Shown: positions 10,114 through 19,251 of the stretch, one piece after another
How positions within the stretch are numbered: the stretch's first letter is position 1
Layout of the letters: every line of letters begins with the position of its first letter
IMG/VR virus record: IMGVR_UViG_3300021197_001844
Source of the DNA: an uncultured virus (IMG/VR IMGVR_UViG_3300021197_001844)
Taxonomy: Duplodnaviria > Heunggongvirae > Uroviricota > Caudoviricetes
Direction: 5' to 3' (one strand)
DNA: 64,000 nucleotides
The notes under the pieces: generated by a model
Databases searched by the model: none
Seen by the model: the letters and a program-made list of their open reading frames with translations, nothing else
Told to the model about the DNA's origin: nothing
Position numbers and translations under genes: made by a program

Positions 10114-10376
10114 AGTATTATCCTATTATTTGGGTCATAATGCTCTAATAGCAAGTCTGGTATGAATTCGGTTGCATCTTCGGTATACCAAAAAACCTTA
10201 ACATCATACAAAGTATCACCATCCTCAAACATTCCAGTTTCAATTTGGCAAGTTATTTTTATGATTTCAAGCACAACGCCAATCATACCACCAGCAGAAA
10301 CCCAACCTCCATCTCCGTCATACCAACTTCTATACTCAACCAAGTCCCCTACATTAAAATCGCATTTAGATGACAC
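10110..10376 (-). CDS. Small SH3/KOW-like beta-barrel protein
   Basis: FNVGDLV...IGVVLEI...YDVKV; GTG start after GGGGG RBS. Confidence 0.6.
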   Translation of the reverse strand: MSSKCDFNVGDLVEYRSWYDGDGGWVSAGGMIGVVLEIIKITCQIETGMFEDGDTLYDVKVFWYTEDATEFIPDLLLEHYDPNNRIIL

Positions 10377-10381
10377 ATAAA

Positions 10382-10443
10382 TACCCCCTAAAATATATAG
10401 GACCAAAGATGCCCTATTCTCCGACTATATATTTTAGGGGGTA
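10382..10443. repeat. Perfect 19-bp inverted repeat (10382-10400 / 10425-10443), 24-bp spacer; divergent promoter-RBS cassettes
   Basis: CTATATATTTTAGGGGGTA reads outward on both strands. Confidence 0.9.
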
Positions 10444-10450
10444 CATAAAA

Positions 10451-10618
10451 ATGGTGGCAGCAATCTTAATTGGCGCCGTCATCGCTATATTGGGGGCAAT
10501 GGCGGCAGGTGAATATATATTGTATAAGGACTTTCCAGAGGTAAGTCACTTAAATATATTACCTATTATTTTTCTTATTGTAATTCTTAGTTTGTTTCTT
10601 GGTTTGCTTTTCATATAA
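10451..10618 (+). CDS. 55-aa two-TM membrane protein, the only credible plus-strand gene
   Basis: AGGGGG RBS then ATG; two hydrophobic helices. Confidence 0.55.
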   Translation: MVAAILIGAVIAILGAMAAGEYILYKDFPEVSHLNILPIIFLIVILSLFLGLLFI

Positions 10619-10696
10619 GCCCCAGTCACAATCACAAGGATCACAACCACACGACTTGCATGCTTTATTTATGGGTATGGCAAGTTGTTTTGTCAT
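10559..10696 (-). CDS. 45-aa Cys-rich micro-protein (not in ORF track)
   Basis: GGAG-N7-ATG; MTKQLAIPINKACKSCGCDPCDCDWGLYEKQTKKQTKNYNKKNNR. Confidence 0.5.
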   Translation of the reverse strand: MTKQLAIPINKACKSCGCDPCDCDWGLYEKQTKKQTKNYNKKNNR

Positions 10697-10808
10697 GTTG
10701 TGACTCCAAAAGCCCTACTCTGTGTTCTAGAAAGTATAAGCAAATAAGCAAAATGATATTTACTCCGATTCCCAAGAGCACTCCGTTATTAATTAATCTT
10801 TGTTTCAT
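10665..10808 (-). CDS. 47-aa single-TM protein (not in ORF track)
   Basis: AGGTGG RBS; MKQRLINNGVLLGIGVNIILLICLYFLEHR... Confidence 0.5.
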   Translation of the reverse strand: MKQRLINNGVLLGIGVNIILLICLYFLEHRVGLLESQHDKTTCHTHK

Positions 10809-10829
10809 TGTATCACCACCTATAAGTAA

Positions 10830-11039
10830 CTATACAATAGACTGAATTTCTTCGCTAAAAACCAGAATTTCACAGTCATTCACCAAAATTTTGTAATTAT
10901 ACCGGTTTTTGTGTATTATCGAAATACTTGGCTCGTTGTCAATTACAATACCCAAATCGCCAATACAGACAGAACAACCATCGAGCAAATCAACGTTTAC
11001 TAGTACCTTTACTAATGTCCCCAACGGTAACTTTATCAT
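10830..11039 (-). CDS. Small SH3/KOW-like protein
   Basis: LPLGTLVKV...LGIVID...YKILV; start revised to MIKLPLG. Confidence 0.55.
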   Translation of the reverse strand: MIKLPLGTLVKVLVNVDLLDGCSVCIGDLGIVIDNEPSISIIHKNRYNYKILVNDCEILVFSEEIQSIV

Positions 11040-12015
11040 TGAACCCCGCCACTTCCAAGCCATTTTCTCTTGCAATTTTAATTAGGGCCTTTTTGTTGTA
11101 AAGGTGGGTTGCCTCCAGTAAAAACTTTAATTCAGTACGCATGTCTCCGGTCGAGTATGGTTTGTAAACATCATGAATATTGTCAGAACCTAGCGCAACC
11201 ACTAAATCATGCTCAAGGAGTTCATCAACTGGAGTTATGGCATTGTGGGTCGGGGTCAGTTCTTCCGTGCGGCGGGCGTCTATCCATGCGGTTGGACAAC
11301 AAACAAAAGAAAGCCCCGCATCTTTTGACATCTTATATACTTCCTTGCGATACCATTTTGGATGACAAGCTAATGATATGGAGTGCACCGCTGTAACTCT
11401 GCCTTCCATTTGGTGCTCCATGGTTTTTCTTGCAAGGAATTCTGTTTCCTTTTCCTTAGCTGTGTTTAGCTGATCGACATGGACGTGAACCCTCTTATTA
11501 AAGATTTGCCCAAGCATAAGAACATTATCTATATGCTCTTCTTCTTTGCCCTTGTCTGCACCGGGAAGCGAGCCGATGATATCTATTTTGTCATACTCAA
11601 TAGCATGTATAATTAGCTTTTGTGTCTCTGGTGTTGTGATGCCCTTTAGCGTCTGGCATGCAATCTTGAAGCCAACACCAATGGTGGCGGCAAAATTTTT
11701 GGCTCGAACTGCTGCATCGATTGCCTTTGTTCCCACGACTGGATCAATATCAATAAAACTTAGAACATGGGTTGACAACATATCTCTCTGACTTACGAGA
11801 GCGGTTGTTATATTTTTGTAGAAATCATCTTCTGTTGCTTTTGATTTATACTCATCTATGTACCTCCATTTCTGGTGGAGATGATTATATACCACCGACT
11901 GCATATTTTCTCTTGTGACCGTAAACGCTCTATCTAAGTGAGAATGTGCATTGACAAACCCGCCAGCTATCCAAATATCCTCTTCCAACTCTACTTGTGG
12001 ATTATAAATATTCAT
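10990..12015 (-). CDS. Cytosine deaminase-like amidohydrolase (CodA family)
   Basis: GFVNAHSHLD, HVHVDQ, AVHS, LGSDN..D. Confidence 0.85.
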   Translation of the reverse strand: MNIYNPQVELEEDIWIAGGFVNAHSHLDRAFTVTRENMQSVVYNHLHQKWRYIDEYKSKATEDDFYKNITTALVSQRDMLSTHVLSFIDIDPVVGTKAIDAAVRAKNFAATIGVGFKIACQTLKGITTPETQKLIIHAIEYDKIDIIGSLPGADKGKEEEHIDNVLMLGQIFNKRVHVHVDQLNTAKEKETEFLARKTMEHQMEGRVTAVHSISLACHPKWYRKEVYKMSKDAGLSFVCCPTAWIDARRTEELTPTHNAITPVDELLEHDLVVALGSDNIHDVYKPYSTGDMRTELKFLLEATHLYNKKALIKIARENGLEVAGFNDKVTVGDISKGTSKR

Positions 12016-12226
12016 TTTTGTTTCCCTTCATTGTGTTACGTTGCGACCACTTCTTTATTAACTGTTCCCAGTCCTTAAGCGATATTTTGATTTTGGCTCT
12101 ACTTTTCGTGTTACCCTCAATATCCCAAATTTCGAAACAACATTCTGATAGATCGCTGATCTCAATATATATATTACCACTATCGTGACTCTCACAATAT
12201 ATATCACAATTCTTTTTTTTGCCCAT
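12002..12226 (-). CDS. Hypothetical protein
   Basis: ORF tightly packed in the operon, overlapping the deaminase start. Confidence 0.65.
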   Translation of the reverse strand: MGKKKNCDIYCESHDSGNIYIEISDLSECCFEIWDIEGNTKSRAKIKISLKDWEQLIKKWSQRNTMKGNKNEYL

Positions 12227-12235
12227 CTGTCCATC

Positions 12236-12880
12236 CTAAATTACAATAATGTTTCTTTCATAGCCAAACAACTGTTTGAGAAAGTTTTCAATAACCTTCT
12301 TCTTGCAGCCATCGTTATCACACTCAAGTAACCGCCAACTAAACGCCATCTTTAATTTATTAGTTTTGCCCTTCAAATTATCAATTTCTTTTTTCATTAT
12401 CTCTGTTACTTTTTTATATGTATTTGGTAATATATCAAGTTTTTGGCAAATGTCAAGAAATTCGGCCCATCTTTTTTCATTAAATGCAGAAGTGAGCAAC
12501 TTAAAACTGCTTACGGCAGCGAGTGCTTCGTCGCTTTCGCTATCTAAAAATTTATCTGGGTGTGTCATTGTGGCAGCTTTGCGATACATCTTTTGGAGTG
12601 TTTTGTCTGGTTTTTCTTTTTGTATTTCAGTTTTTTCGTGCTTAACAAGGCCCTGCTCATCCACTGCTTGCTTCTTTTGAGGGAACGCTTCTTCCAGTCT
12701 TGCTGCGTGTTTCTTGTTTAACTCATTTATTGGAATATCATGGTCAATACAAAATTGCCGATAGTATTGTTCGAATTCGATATGTGCTTCCTTAAGAGCA
12801 TCCTTTACATACTCATATTCAGAATTAACATATATTAGTTCCGACAACAAATGTTTATACTTCTTTTGTATTAGTGACAT
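12236..12880 (-). CDS. J-domain (DnaJ-like) co-chaperone protein
   Basis: LQKMYRKAATMTHPDKF...FKLLTSAF with intact HPD. Confidence 0.75.
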   Translation of the reverse strand: MSLIQKKYKHLLSELIYVNSEYEYVKDALKEAHIEFEQYYRQFCIDHDIPINELNKKHAARLEEAFPQKKQAVDEQGLVKHEKTEIQKEKPDKTLQKMYRKAATMTHPDKFLDSESDEALAAVSSFKLLTSAFNEKRWAEFLDICQKLDILPNTYKKVTEIMKKEIDNLKGKTNKLKMAFSWRLLECDNDGCKKKVIENFLKQLFGYERNIIVI

Positions 12881-12887
12881 ATGCTAA

Positions 12888-13799
12888 TTAGTCTCTGTCG
12901 GAAGCAATACGATTAAACTCACGATAAGCAAATAATTCTTTTGTTGGTCTCCGAGTATCCCGGCTCAGGTCAGAGTGCATATATTCACGGTACGACTCCC
13001 AACATTCAAGGTTGTAAAAGGCATTCGTTTCAAACAGGGTACCATCATTGGTATCAACGCCCACAAATACATCCTTTGGTTGGAAATGTCTCGCACTCCA
13101 GCGCTCCTCTATTGGAAGCTTACTTGTTGGTGCGCCCCACTCATTGAACTCTTCAGAGGTATACATCCCGGTTCCCTTCCTTACGTTCCTGCGGTATATG
13201 ACGAATTCTTCCTTTCCAAATGTAAAGCTCAGATAGTTATTGTCTTGCACAGTCTCACCATCCGAGACCACATAAAAATTCTTTTTGCTCTTGATCTTTC
13301 TTCTAACTTGTTTTAGCTCCCTTGGGTCCATAACGCCGTAAGGAAACGATACATAATACTTGTCAGGTATTAGCCATTTAGATATCTTGTCCGATACCTT
13401 TAACGCAGTAACTGCTCCATGTAGTACTGACCAAGACAGGCAGTCTCGCTTATCTCTGTCTTTTGGGTGAAGTGGGACCCAGAATATAGGAATCCGCTTC
13501 CTTCTGTCGTTTGGCCTAGCATCAAACTTATTATAAAAGCTTACAGGGTCTTGGATATAGTCTCCGATCCTATATCGAACGATAGGTGCTAAGTCATCGT
13601 TGCAAACTATCCATATTGTATCGCAACCAGCAAAGGCAGCTTCAACAACTGCGGCCTCTATCATAGTGTAATCAGGCGCAACTGGTAACAAGCAGTCTGG
13701 ATATGGCAGGCCGTACTCTAAAGGTTGGCCGGCAATTGGAATGATTCCTGCAAGGTGGAAATTTGCTTGTGACGAAAAAGTTTTTTCGCTAAGTTCCAT
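12888..13799 (-). CDS. Divergent nucleotidyltransferase-like (NTP_transferase / GT-A fold) protein
   Basis: AGIIPIAG..PDCLLPV..MIEAAV.EAAFAGCDTIWIV; lacks the canonical GxGTR. Confidence 0.55.
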   Translation of the reverse strand: MELSEKTFSSQANFHLAGIIPIAGQPLEYGLPYPDCLLPVAPDYTMIEAAVVEAAFAGCDTIWIVCNDDLAPIVRYRIGDYIQDPVSFYNKFDARPNDRRKRIPIFWVPLHPKDRDKRDCLSWSVLHGAVTALKVSDKISKWLIPDKYYVSFPYGVMDPRELKQVRRKIKSKKNFYVVSDGETVQDNNYLSFTFGKEEFVIYRRNVRKGTGMYTSEEFNEWGAPTSKLPIEERWSARHFQPKDVFVGVDTNDGTLFETNAFYNLECWESYREYMHSDLSRDTRRPTKELFAYREFNRIASDRD

Positions 13800-14560
13800 G
13801 AACGGCCTCCCTGTTTTCTATTTTTAATTATATTGTCAAGTTCATAAACTGGTTTATAGTTGTGTACGGTCTCACGATAAGCATGCTCAATTTTAATTGG
13901 GTGATGGTTTGGCTTGCCGTTGGGCCTATAGCCATTGCTTGTGCCATTAATGCCAGCATTTTGCATCATTTTCAGCGTTTTAAGGCGAGCCATGCCCTCC
14001 GTATTGTGAACACTTAAAAGTTCATTTTTAGGCATATATGAGGCAGCACAGACATCTCTTTTGTTTGAATTAGAACCAATGCGGTTGGGTCTATAAAAGT
14101 GCAGCGTGTGTACAAATTTGTGTGCATTGTCGCTGATAGTATTGTACTGATGATTGTTGCCTGAGCGGACATGGAACCAGTCATAGACATTGACATTATC
14201 ATGGTCGATCTCTTCAAAAGCTATGCCCTTGTCAAATGTTACAGTTATCCGTTTGTTGTGCTCAGTGATCAGTGTAACTTTACCTTTCTCTTTTCTATTT
14301 GCTACCACAATGTTGGGCATTATGATTTGCCCCGTCATTGACATAAGAAAAGTCAGCCTGTCCCACATCTCTGACTTGTATATCTTGCGCTTGTTATCAT
14401 AGCCCAAGAACCTTACCTCATCACTGTATTCAAATGTTTCCAACTCAAACGGATAAAGGCGCTCAATAAGGAGCACCTGTTCATCATTCAAGAAACTATG
14501 GAGAAGGCATTCGAGTGAGCCGCCAAAGTTGAGTTTGTCAAAGTGATACTCTGTGTTCAC
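13718..14560 (-). CDS. Hypothetical protein, possible degenerate FAD/NAD Rossmann fold
   Basis: N-terminal FDKLNFGGSLECL...VLLIE resembles a dinucleotide-binding beta-alpha-beta. Confidence 0.45.
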   Translation of the reverse strand: MNTEYHFDKLNFGGSLECLLHSFLNDEQVLLIERLYPFELETFEYSDEVRFLGYDNKRKIYKSEMWDRLTFLMSMTGQIIMPNIVVANRKEKGKVTLITEHNKRITVTFDKGIAFEEIDHDNVNVYDWFHVRSGNNHQYNTISDNAHKFVHTLHFYRPNRIGSNSNKRDVCAASYMPKNELLSVHNTEGMARLKTLKMMQNAGINGTSNGYRPNGKPNHHPIKIEHAYRETVHNYKPVYELDNIIKNRKQGGRSWNLAKKLFRHKQISTLQESFQLPANL

Positions 14561-15240
14561 TTATTACTCCTACGTTCTCTCCTTCTTCTTGCTAGTTCTC
14601 GTCTTCTTGTTATTTCTCTCTGTCTGTTTATAGCATCCAACTCCGCTTGTCTTTTTTGGAAAGCGGAGGTTTGTGTTAGGGCAACATTCTTTTGGAAGCG
14701 ACTTTTAATTTCAGGTGACACCTCTGGTGCTTTAGTGAGAGACCAATTGGGGTGGACATAATAAATATAAACCTCCTCTTGTTCTTCCATAGAGGGTTCA
14801 TCATTCGACGCTGGTGCACTAAACTGTTCGAGTGCAAAGTCTATTTTCTCAACTGGTGAGCCCGCTACATTGGGTTGATTGTCGTACAAGGTTCCAGTTC
14901 TTAAGTTGTTCCGCCCTTGTAACTCCCAAGGTCCTTTGCCTGAATAGATGTACCTTAGGATGTTAAGATCTCTACCAGCTTGCTTCTTATCTTCTACACT
15001 AGCATGGCCAGCTAGTTGTTCTATATCGCCGCTCCTGCTTGAGTTTTGCATGAATTGGCCAAGCCACACTTTAAGGGTAGAACGAAAGTCAGTCTGGCCC
15101 ATGGCTGATGTTACTGCCCGGTTGTACTTCTGGTCTTTAGGGCTCTGTTTCGACAGTTTTCTGGGCACCTCACCAAAATATTTTTCAGTTGGCTTTGTCT
15201 CGTTTATCCACCTTTTCCATTCCTTTATCGCTTTTTTCAT
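14557..15240 (-). CDS. Hypothetical protein, putative virion-internal cargo
   Basis: N-terminal MKKAIKEWKRWINE amphipathic leader ending in E; CTACTTA late-like motif at 15321-15327. Confidence 0.6.
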   Translation of the reverse strand: MKKAIKEWKRWINETKPTEKYFGEVPRKLSKQSPKDQKYNRAVTSAMGQTDFRSTLKVWLGQFMQNSSRSGDIEQLAGHASVEDKKQAGRDLNILRYIYSGKGPWELQGRNNLRTGTLYDNQPNVAGSPVEKIDFALEQFSAPASNDEPSMEEQEEVYIYYVHPNWSLTKAPEVSPEIKSRFQKNVALTQTSAFQKRQAELDAINRQREITRRRELARRRRERRSNK

Positions 15241-15460
15241 TTTCCGTCATCCTATGTAAAAATTGTGTAGGCACCGCTTTTATCACTTCATCACCAACTA
15301 ACAAATCATATGCTTCATAATAAGTAGTTTCTTCTGCGCCTAGCGGTGTGAGCAAATTATATGGCTCTGAAAGAACAATGCCAACCGAACATGAGCGGTC
15401 ACCATGAATTAGCTTACCGAAATCACTCAATTTAACCAATTCGCCCTTCTTAAATCCCAC
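15185..15460 (-). CDS. Small SH3/KOW-like protein
   Basis: GFKKGELVKL...VGIVLSEP...YDLLVG; GTG start overlapping the thyX stop. Confidence 0.55.
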   Translation of the reverse strand: MGFKKGELVKLSDFGKLIHGDRSCSVGIVLSEPYNLLTPLGAEETTYYEAYDLLVGDEVIKAVPTQFLHRMTENEKSDKGMEKVDKRDKAN

Positions 15461-16181
15461 CCCGCTGCTTCCTATAGGATTCAACTGCAACGGGCCATAA
15501 GTCTGTTGCGATTTCCAATACAGCCTCGGCAACCTTCTGTATCTCCCATTGGGCTCCTTCATGTACACGAAGGCTAATAAACTTAAGCAAGTTATTAAGA
15601 TTAACGGTTCCATAATACTCTGTGTATAAATTCTGTGGTAATACGCCTCTGGCTTGTTCCCGGCAGACACCTCTCTCAACTAGTCTATTAAACAAACTTA
15701 GAGATGCTTGGTGGTGATTTAAAATCGCATCAGAAGCATAGTGAAATGACGGCGGGTATAGGCAATCTTTCATTGTATGAGATATATCTGGGTTTATAAG
15801 CTCTTCTACATTTGATGCTTGTCTATTGCTTTCGTGCTGGGTCCTGAATTTGTTCGGGGCATAAAATTGCAAGTTTTTGTCAGTATACCTCCTAGAAATT
15901 TCGTTATAGCTCCACGTTCTGTGTCGATGATGCTGAGAACGAACATACAAAGGCACAGTAAATTTAAAAGTAGCAACATTATGCTCGAAAGTGCTGGTGT
16001 GCTTATGCTTGATAAGGTAATTAATAAGTCGTTTGTCCCGCCCATCCAGACTAGACTTTTGCACACCAAAGCTAACCCTAGCACTATTGACGATGGTAAG
16101 GTCACTGCCCATGTGATCAACATAGTCCACGCTACCAACATCATCATCATATATTTTAATTGATTTTTCATATTTAGTCAT
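15450..16181 (-). CDS. thyX: Flavin-dependent thymidylate synthase
   Basis: ARVS, HTSTFEH, RHRTWSYNEISRRY signature, AQWEI. Confidence 0.96.
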   Translation of the reverse strand: MTKYEKSIKIYDDDVGSVDYVDHMGSDLTIVNSARVSFGVQKSSLDGRDKRLINYLIKHKHTSTFEHNVATFKFTVPLYVRSQHHRHRTWSYNEISRRYTDKNLQFYAPNKFRTQHESNRQASNVEELINPDISHTMKDCLYPPSFHYASDAILNHHQASLSLFNRLVERGVCREQARGVLPQNLYTEYYGTVNLNNLLKFISLRVHEGAQWEIQKVAEAVLEIATDLWPVAVESYRKQRGGI

Positions 16182-17088
16182 TGTCACCGTTAACCATCTC
16201 AGCCAATCGCTTCTTCTCTCCAATCATCATATTTCTATGTCGCCATCTAGAGCTACCCATTCTGCCTCCATCATTTATCTTCTTGCTTCTTTCGTTAATT
16301 ATTTCAACTAGCTTCTTTGCTTCCGGAGTATCCGGAACATCAGACTCTTTTATTGAAATGTATGTCTCTCTCATATATTTTGTATTTTTTGGATTGGACA
16401 TGGGAGACGTGATATTACCCTTGTTTCCTGCTGCAAAGTCAAAGTCCATAGAGAACTTAGGTCCGGGCTTGGGGCCCTTTGATGGCACGGCACTGTAATA
16501 ATTCTGCTGTCCTGCCATTTTAGAAAAGTCGTTCATGTCCGTAGTTTTCTGCCCAACTGTGTAGCTTGGGTTTGGAGGCACAACATATATCTCACCGTAC
16601 TTTTCAGCCGGATAATTCTTATCTTGTTTCATTTTACCAAAATCAACATAACACATTTGGTGTTGTACCTTATCTTCTGGTGTAGGTGCGGGCTCCTGCT
16701 TAACAGAATAGACGAATGATTCCTGAGCGTATTTGTAGCAATAGAACACGGCTTCCTTTCCTGACATATGCGGGATGATATATGAGTCTTCTTCATCTCC
16801 ATATTTTCCTTCAATAAACCTGTATCCGAATCCGGCTATCTTCAAGTCAGCAAGGAATGCTTCATTTCTCGCTTTATTCTTTTCATCTGGATAGTCCTTC
16901 TTAGCATGTGGGTTCATCGGGCTCATAATCACAACCTGATCTACTGATCCGACTTCGCCTGTGAATAAGTCCATGATTCTTCCGTATTGACTCCACTGGG
17001 TTGCTTCGGTCAAGACCCAGCTTTCTTTCTTTCTCTCGCTGATGATTTCGTTGATCATCTTCTTAAGAATTTTTTTATTTAATTTCAT
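16174..17088 (-). CDS. DUF3293-like domain protein with head-cargo-type leader
   Basis: Leader MKLNKKILKKMINEIISE; IMSPMNP..KNKARN..FLADL..G.Y..EGKYG.EEDS; late motif at 17123-17129. Confidence 0.6.
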   Translation of the reverse strand: MKLNKKILKKMINEIISERKKESWVLTEATQWSQYGRIMDLFTGEVGSVDQVVIMSPMNPHAKKDYPDEKNKARNEAFLADLKIAGFGYRFIEGKYGDEEDSYIIPHMSGKEAVFYCYKYAQESFVYSVKQEPAPTPEDKVQHQMCYVDFGKMKQDKNYPAEKYGEIYVVPPNPSYTVGQKTTDMNDFSKMAGQQNYYSAVPSKGPKPGPKFSMDFDFAAGNKGNITSPMSNPKNTKYMRETYISIKESDVPDTPEAKKLVEIINERSKKINDGGRMGSSRWRHRNMMIGEKKRLAEMVNGDND

Positions 17089-17383
17089 TAGATATTCTCC
17101 CATAAACATAATTTTCTAATATTAAATAGAAAGAATAGTCATTAATCTCCACTTTATTTAACATTCTTCTCTCTACTAAGACTATGTCATTTGTGTTTAA
17201 CACGGTATTATTTTTAAATTTTGAATCCTTTGAGACTTCGATTACTAAGGCTTTTGCAAATGGGCTCTCTGGTCTTTTATAATCTGTTGGTAGCACAACC
17301 AAACTATCTTGTTTTTCTTCACTCTCCTCGATTAAGTCAACTACCAAATGTCTATTGAATGGTGTAAAATACGCTTCTTTCAT
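17075..17383 (-). CDS. GroES-like co-chaperonin
   Basis: PFNRHLVV..EE..SLVVLP..ALVIEV..NDIVLV..YLILENYVYG; 102 aa. Confidence 0.7.
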   Translation of the reverse strand: MKEAYFTPFNRHLVVDLIEESEEKQDSLVVLPTDYKRPESPFAKALVIEVSKDSKFKNNTVLNTNDIVLVERRMLNKVEINDYSFYLILENYVYGRISNEIK

Positions 17384-17394
17384 TATTCCTCCAG

Positions 17395-19251
17395 TTATAT
17401 GATTTCACAGGCGCCGCCTGCACATGCAAGTTCGCCCTTAAGGTCGGTATTATCATCAGACTCTACTATTTTTTCTAAGTCAACATTCACCAGTGACTTA
17501 AGCATTTCCTCATACATTTCTCCACCACAGTCTTCAAATGGTGCCTGCTTATAGCTATGGTCCGAAAATGGAAGTATGGACAGGCCGTTATAATATTTTC
17601 GGTTATCCCACATCCACTCCCCAACAGGTGCCCATTCATCTGGTTTGACTGTAACAGTTGCAGAAACATTGTTTGTATTCTGTCCTTTTCGGTGGCCTAT
17701 CGAGACCCAGTCTACATGGACACGCTTTACACGTTCCAAAAGATCAATAGCTGACTCTGCTCTTGTAATGGCACCCTTTGGCGCTTTCTGTGGTACGGAA
17801 ATAACTGCTGTATCGTGAGGTCTGAAATACTCATCCTCGACTAACTCTGGGTGATTTTGAGCTAAGTAGTTGTAAATTGCCTCGTTCTTTCCTACTCGTA
17901 TTCTGCGGATATAGTGGTCGTTATGCCACGCATGAATACCGCTAGATGTTCCTAATACGAGAGAGGTGGTTCCTGCTGGTTTTGTTGTTGTGCACCGGGA
18001 TGCAACACCAATTCCGATAACCTCTGCCACTCTAGCGTTCTCTTCTTTCACGCAATTTGCAGCGGCATTCATATCAAGACCCAAGACTGCGCCAGAGGCT
18101 ATCCCAGTCATTGATACTCCAATGAGGTAATCCTTTTCAGTGTTTCTTTGCCACACTGGTCTCAGATAATGGAAGTCAGTATAAGAAGCTTGCAGTGTGC
18201 CAATGAGCGAAGCCGCTCTCGCTCTTGACTCATATTCATCTTGTGTGGAAACGTCACTAACATTTATTTCAGTTAAGTTGCAAAACTGATATGGGCGCAG
18301 ACTAATTTCACAACAAGGGTTACAACCATACTCTTTGTCGTTTGTAAAGTAAATACCGGGCTCGCCTGCTCCGGATGCTTTAATTCTTTCCCATAACTCC
18401 ATAAACTGTGGTTTTTTTATTCTGTGTCTCATAATGACAACGGAATTGTTGGCACGGCCACGTTGTGGGTTTGCTTCCCACCAGTTACCGGCCTTGGCGG
18501 CAATCATTTCTTCATCATCAATTGAAAAAAGAGCTATTAGGGCAGCACGGCGAATCCCACCAGCCAAAACAGCATCTGCAACGTGACAAACAATATCATG
18601 AACTTCGATGGTACTAAGTTTGTCTCCGTTCTCTTTTTGTTCTAGAATTCCCTCAAGCTTAATAAGGCACTCTTTTAGGGGTTGTGGACCGGGGGCTTTG
18701 CCACCGCTTGTCACAAGTCTCTCGCCCTTTGCTCGGATGTCTGAGAAATCAAAGCGGAGTTTTGATGTACCCTTAAAATAAGATTTAATAAGAGAAGTGA
18801 CAGCATCAGACCAACCCTCAATTGAGTCACCGATCAAAAAACGTCGGGCTCTTTTCTTGTTTGGCTTCAGTATTGGTGGCAGCTTCTCAACGTGATGCTC
18901 TTGAACAGAATAGCCTACACCAGTCCCCCCAAGCAACAAAAACATAATCTCGCCAAACACTCGCAAATCGTCGATTGGTGCATATGCACAGTTAAATATT
19001 CTGTTTGGGCTGATTTCAATTGGCTTGCCTGCGAATTGCATGGATCGCATTGAGGGTAAAATCTTTCTATCGTAGACAAAACGATAAGCTTCTTCTATCT
19101 CTTTTTTTAAATTAGGAAATTTTTTAATATGCATCTGCATATTTCTGGTTACTAATTCTTCCCAGTTTTCTCTTCTATTTTCTTCATGCAAGTATCTTGC
19201 ATATTTCATATGGACTGTGATGTCCGATAATATTTTATTTGCTACGCTCAT
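17395..19251 (-). CDS. nrdJ: Class II (adenosylcobalamin-dependent) ribonucleotide reductase
   Basis: PSMRSMQ, FNCAY, GTGVGYS, GGIRRAA, RANNS, NPCCE, KPAGT, C-terminal ACAGGACE. Confidence 0.93.
   Translation of the reverse strand: MSVANKILSDITVHMKYARYLHEENRRENWEELVTRNMQMHIKKFPNLKKEIEEAYRFVYDRKILPSMRSMQFAGKPIEISPNRIFNCAYAPIDDLRVFGEIMFLLLGGTGVGYSVQEHHVEKLPPILKPNKKRARRFLIGDSIEGWSDAVTSLIKSYFKGTSKLRFDFSDIRAKGERLVTSGGKAPGPQPLKECLIKLEGILEQKENGDKLSTIEVHDIVCHVADAVLAGGIRRAALIALFSIDDEEMIAAKAGNWWEANPQRGRANNSVVIMRHRIKKPQFMELWERIKASGAGEPGIYFTNDKEYGCNPCCEISLRPYQFCNLTEINVSDVSTQDEYESRARAASLIGTLQASYTDFHYLRPVWQRNTEKDYLIGVSMTGIASGAVLGLDMNAAANCVKEENARVAEVIGIGVASRCTTTKPAGTTSLVLGTSSGIHAWHNDHYIRRIRVGKNEAIYNYLAQNHPELVEDEYFRPHDTAVISVPQKAPKGAITRAESAIDLLERVKRVHVDWVSIGHRKGQNTNNVSATVTVKPDEWAPVGEWMWDNRKYYNGLSILPFSDHSYKQAPFEDCGGEMYEEMLKSLVNVDLEKIVESDDNTDLKGELACAGGACEII

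Noticed and set aside
15461..15679. Long overlap of ORF 15185-15679 with thyX
   Set aside because: A GTG start at 15460 explains the SH3-like portion; the upstream part is an incidental open frame
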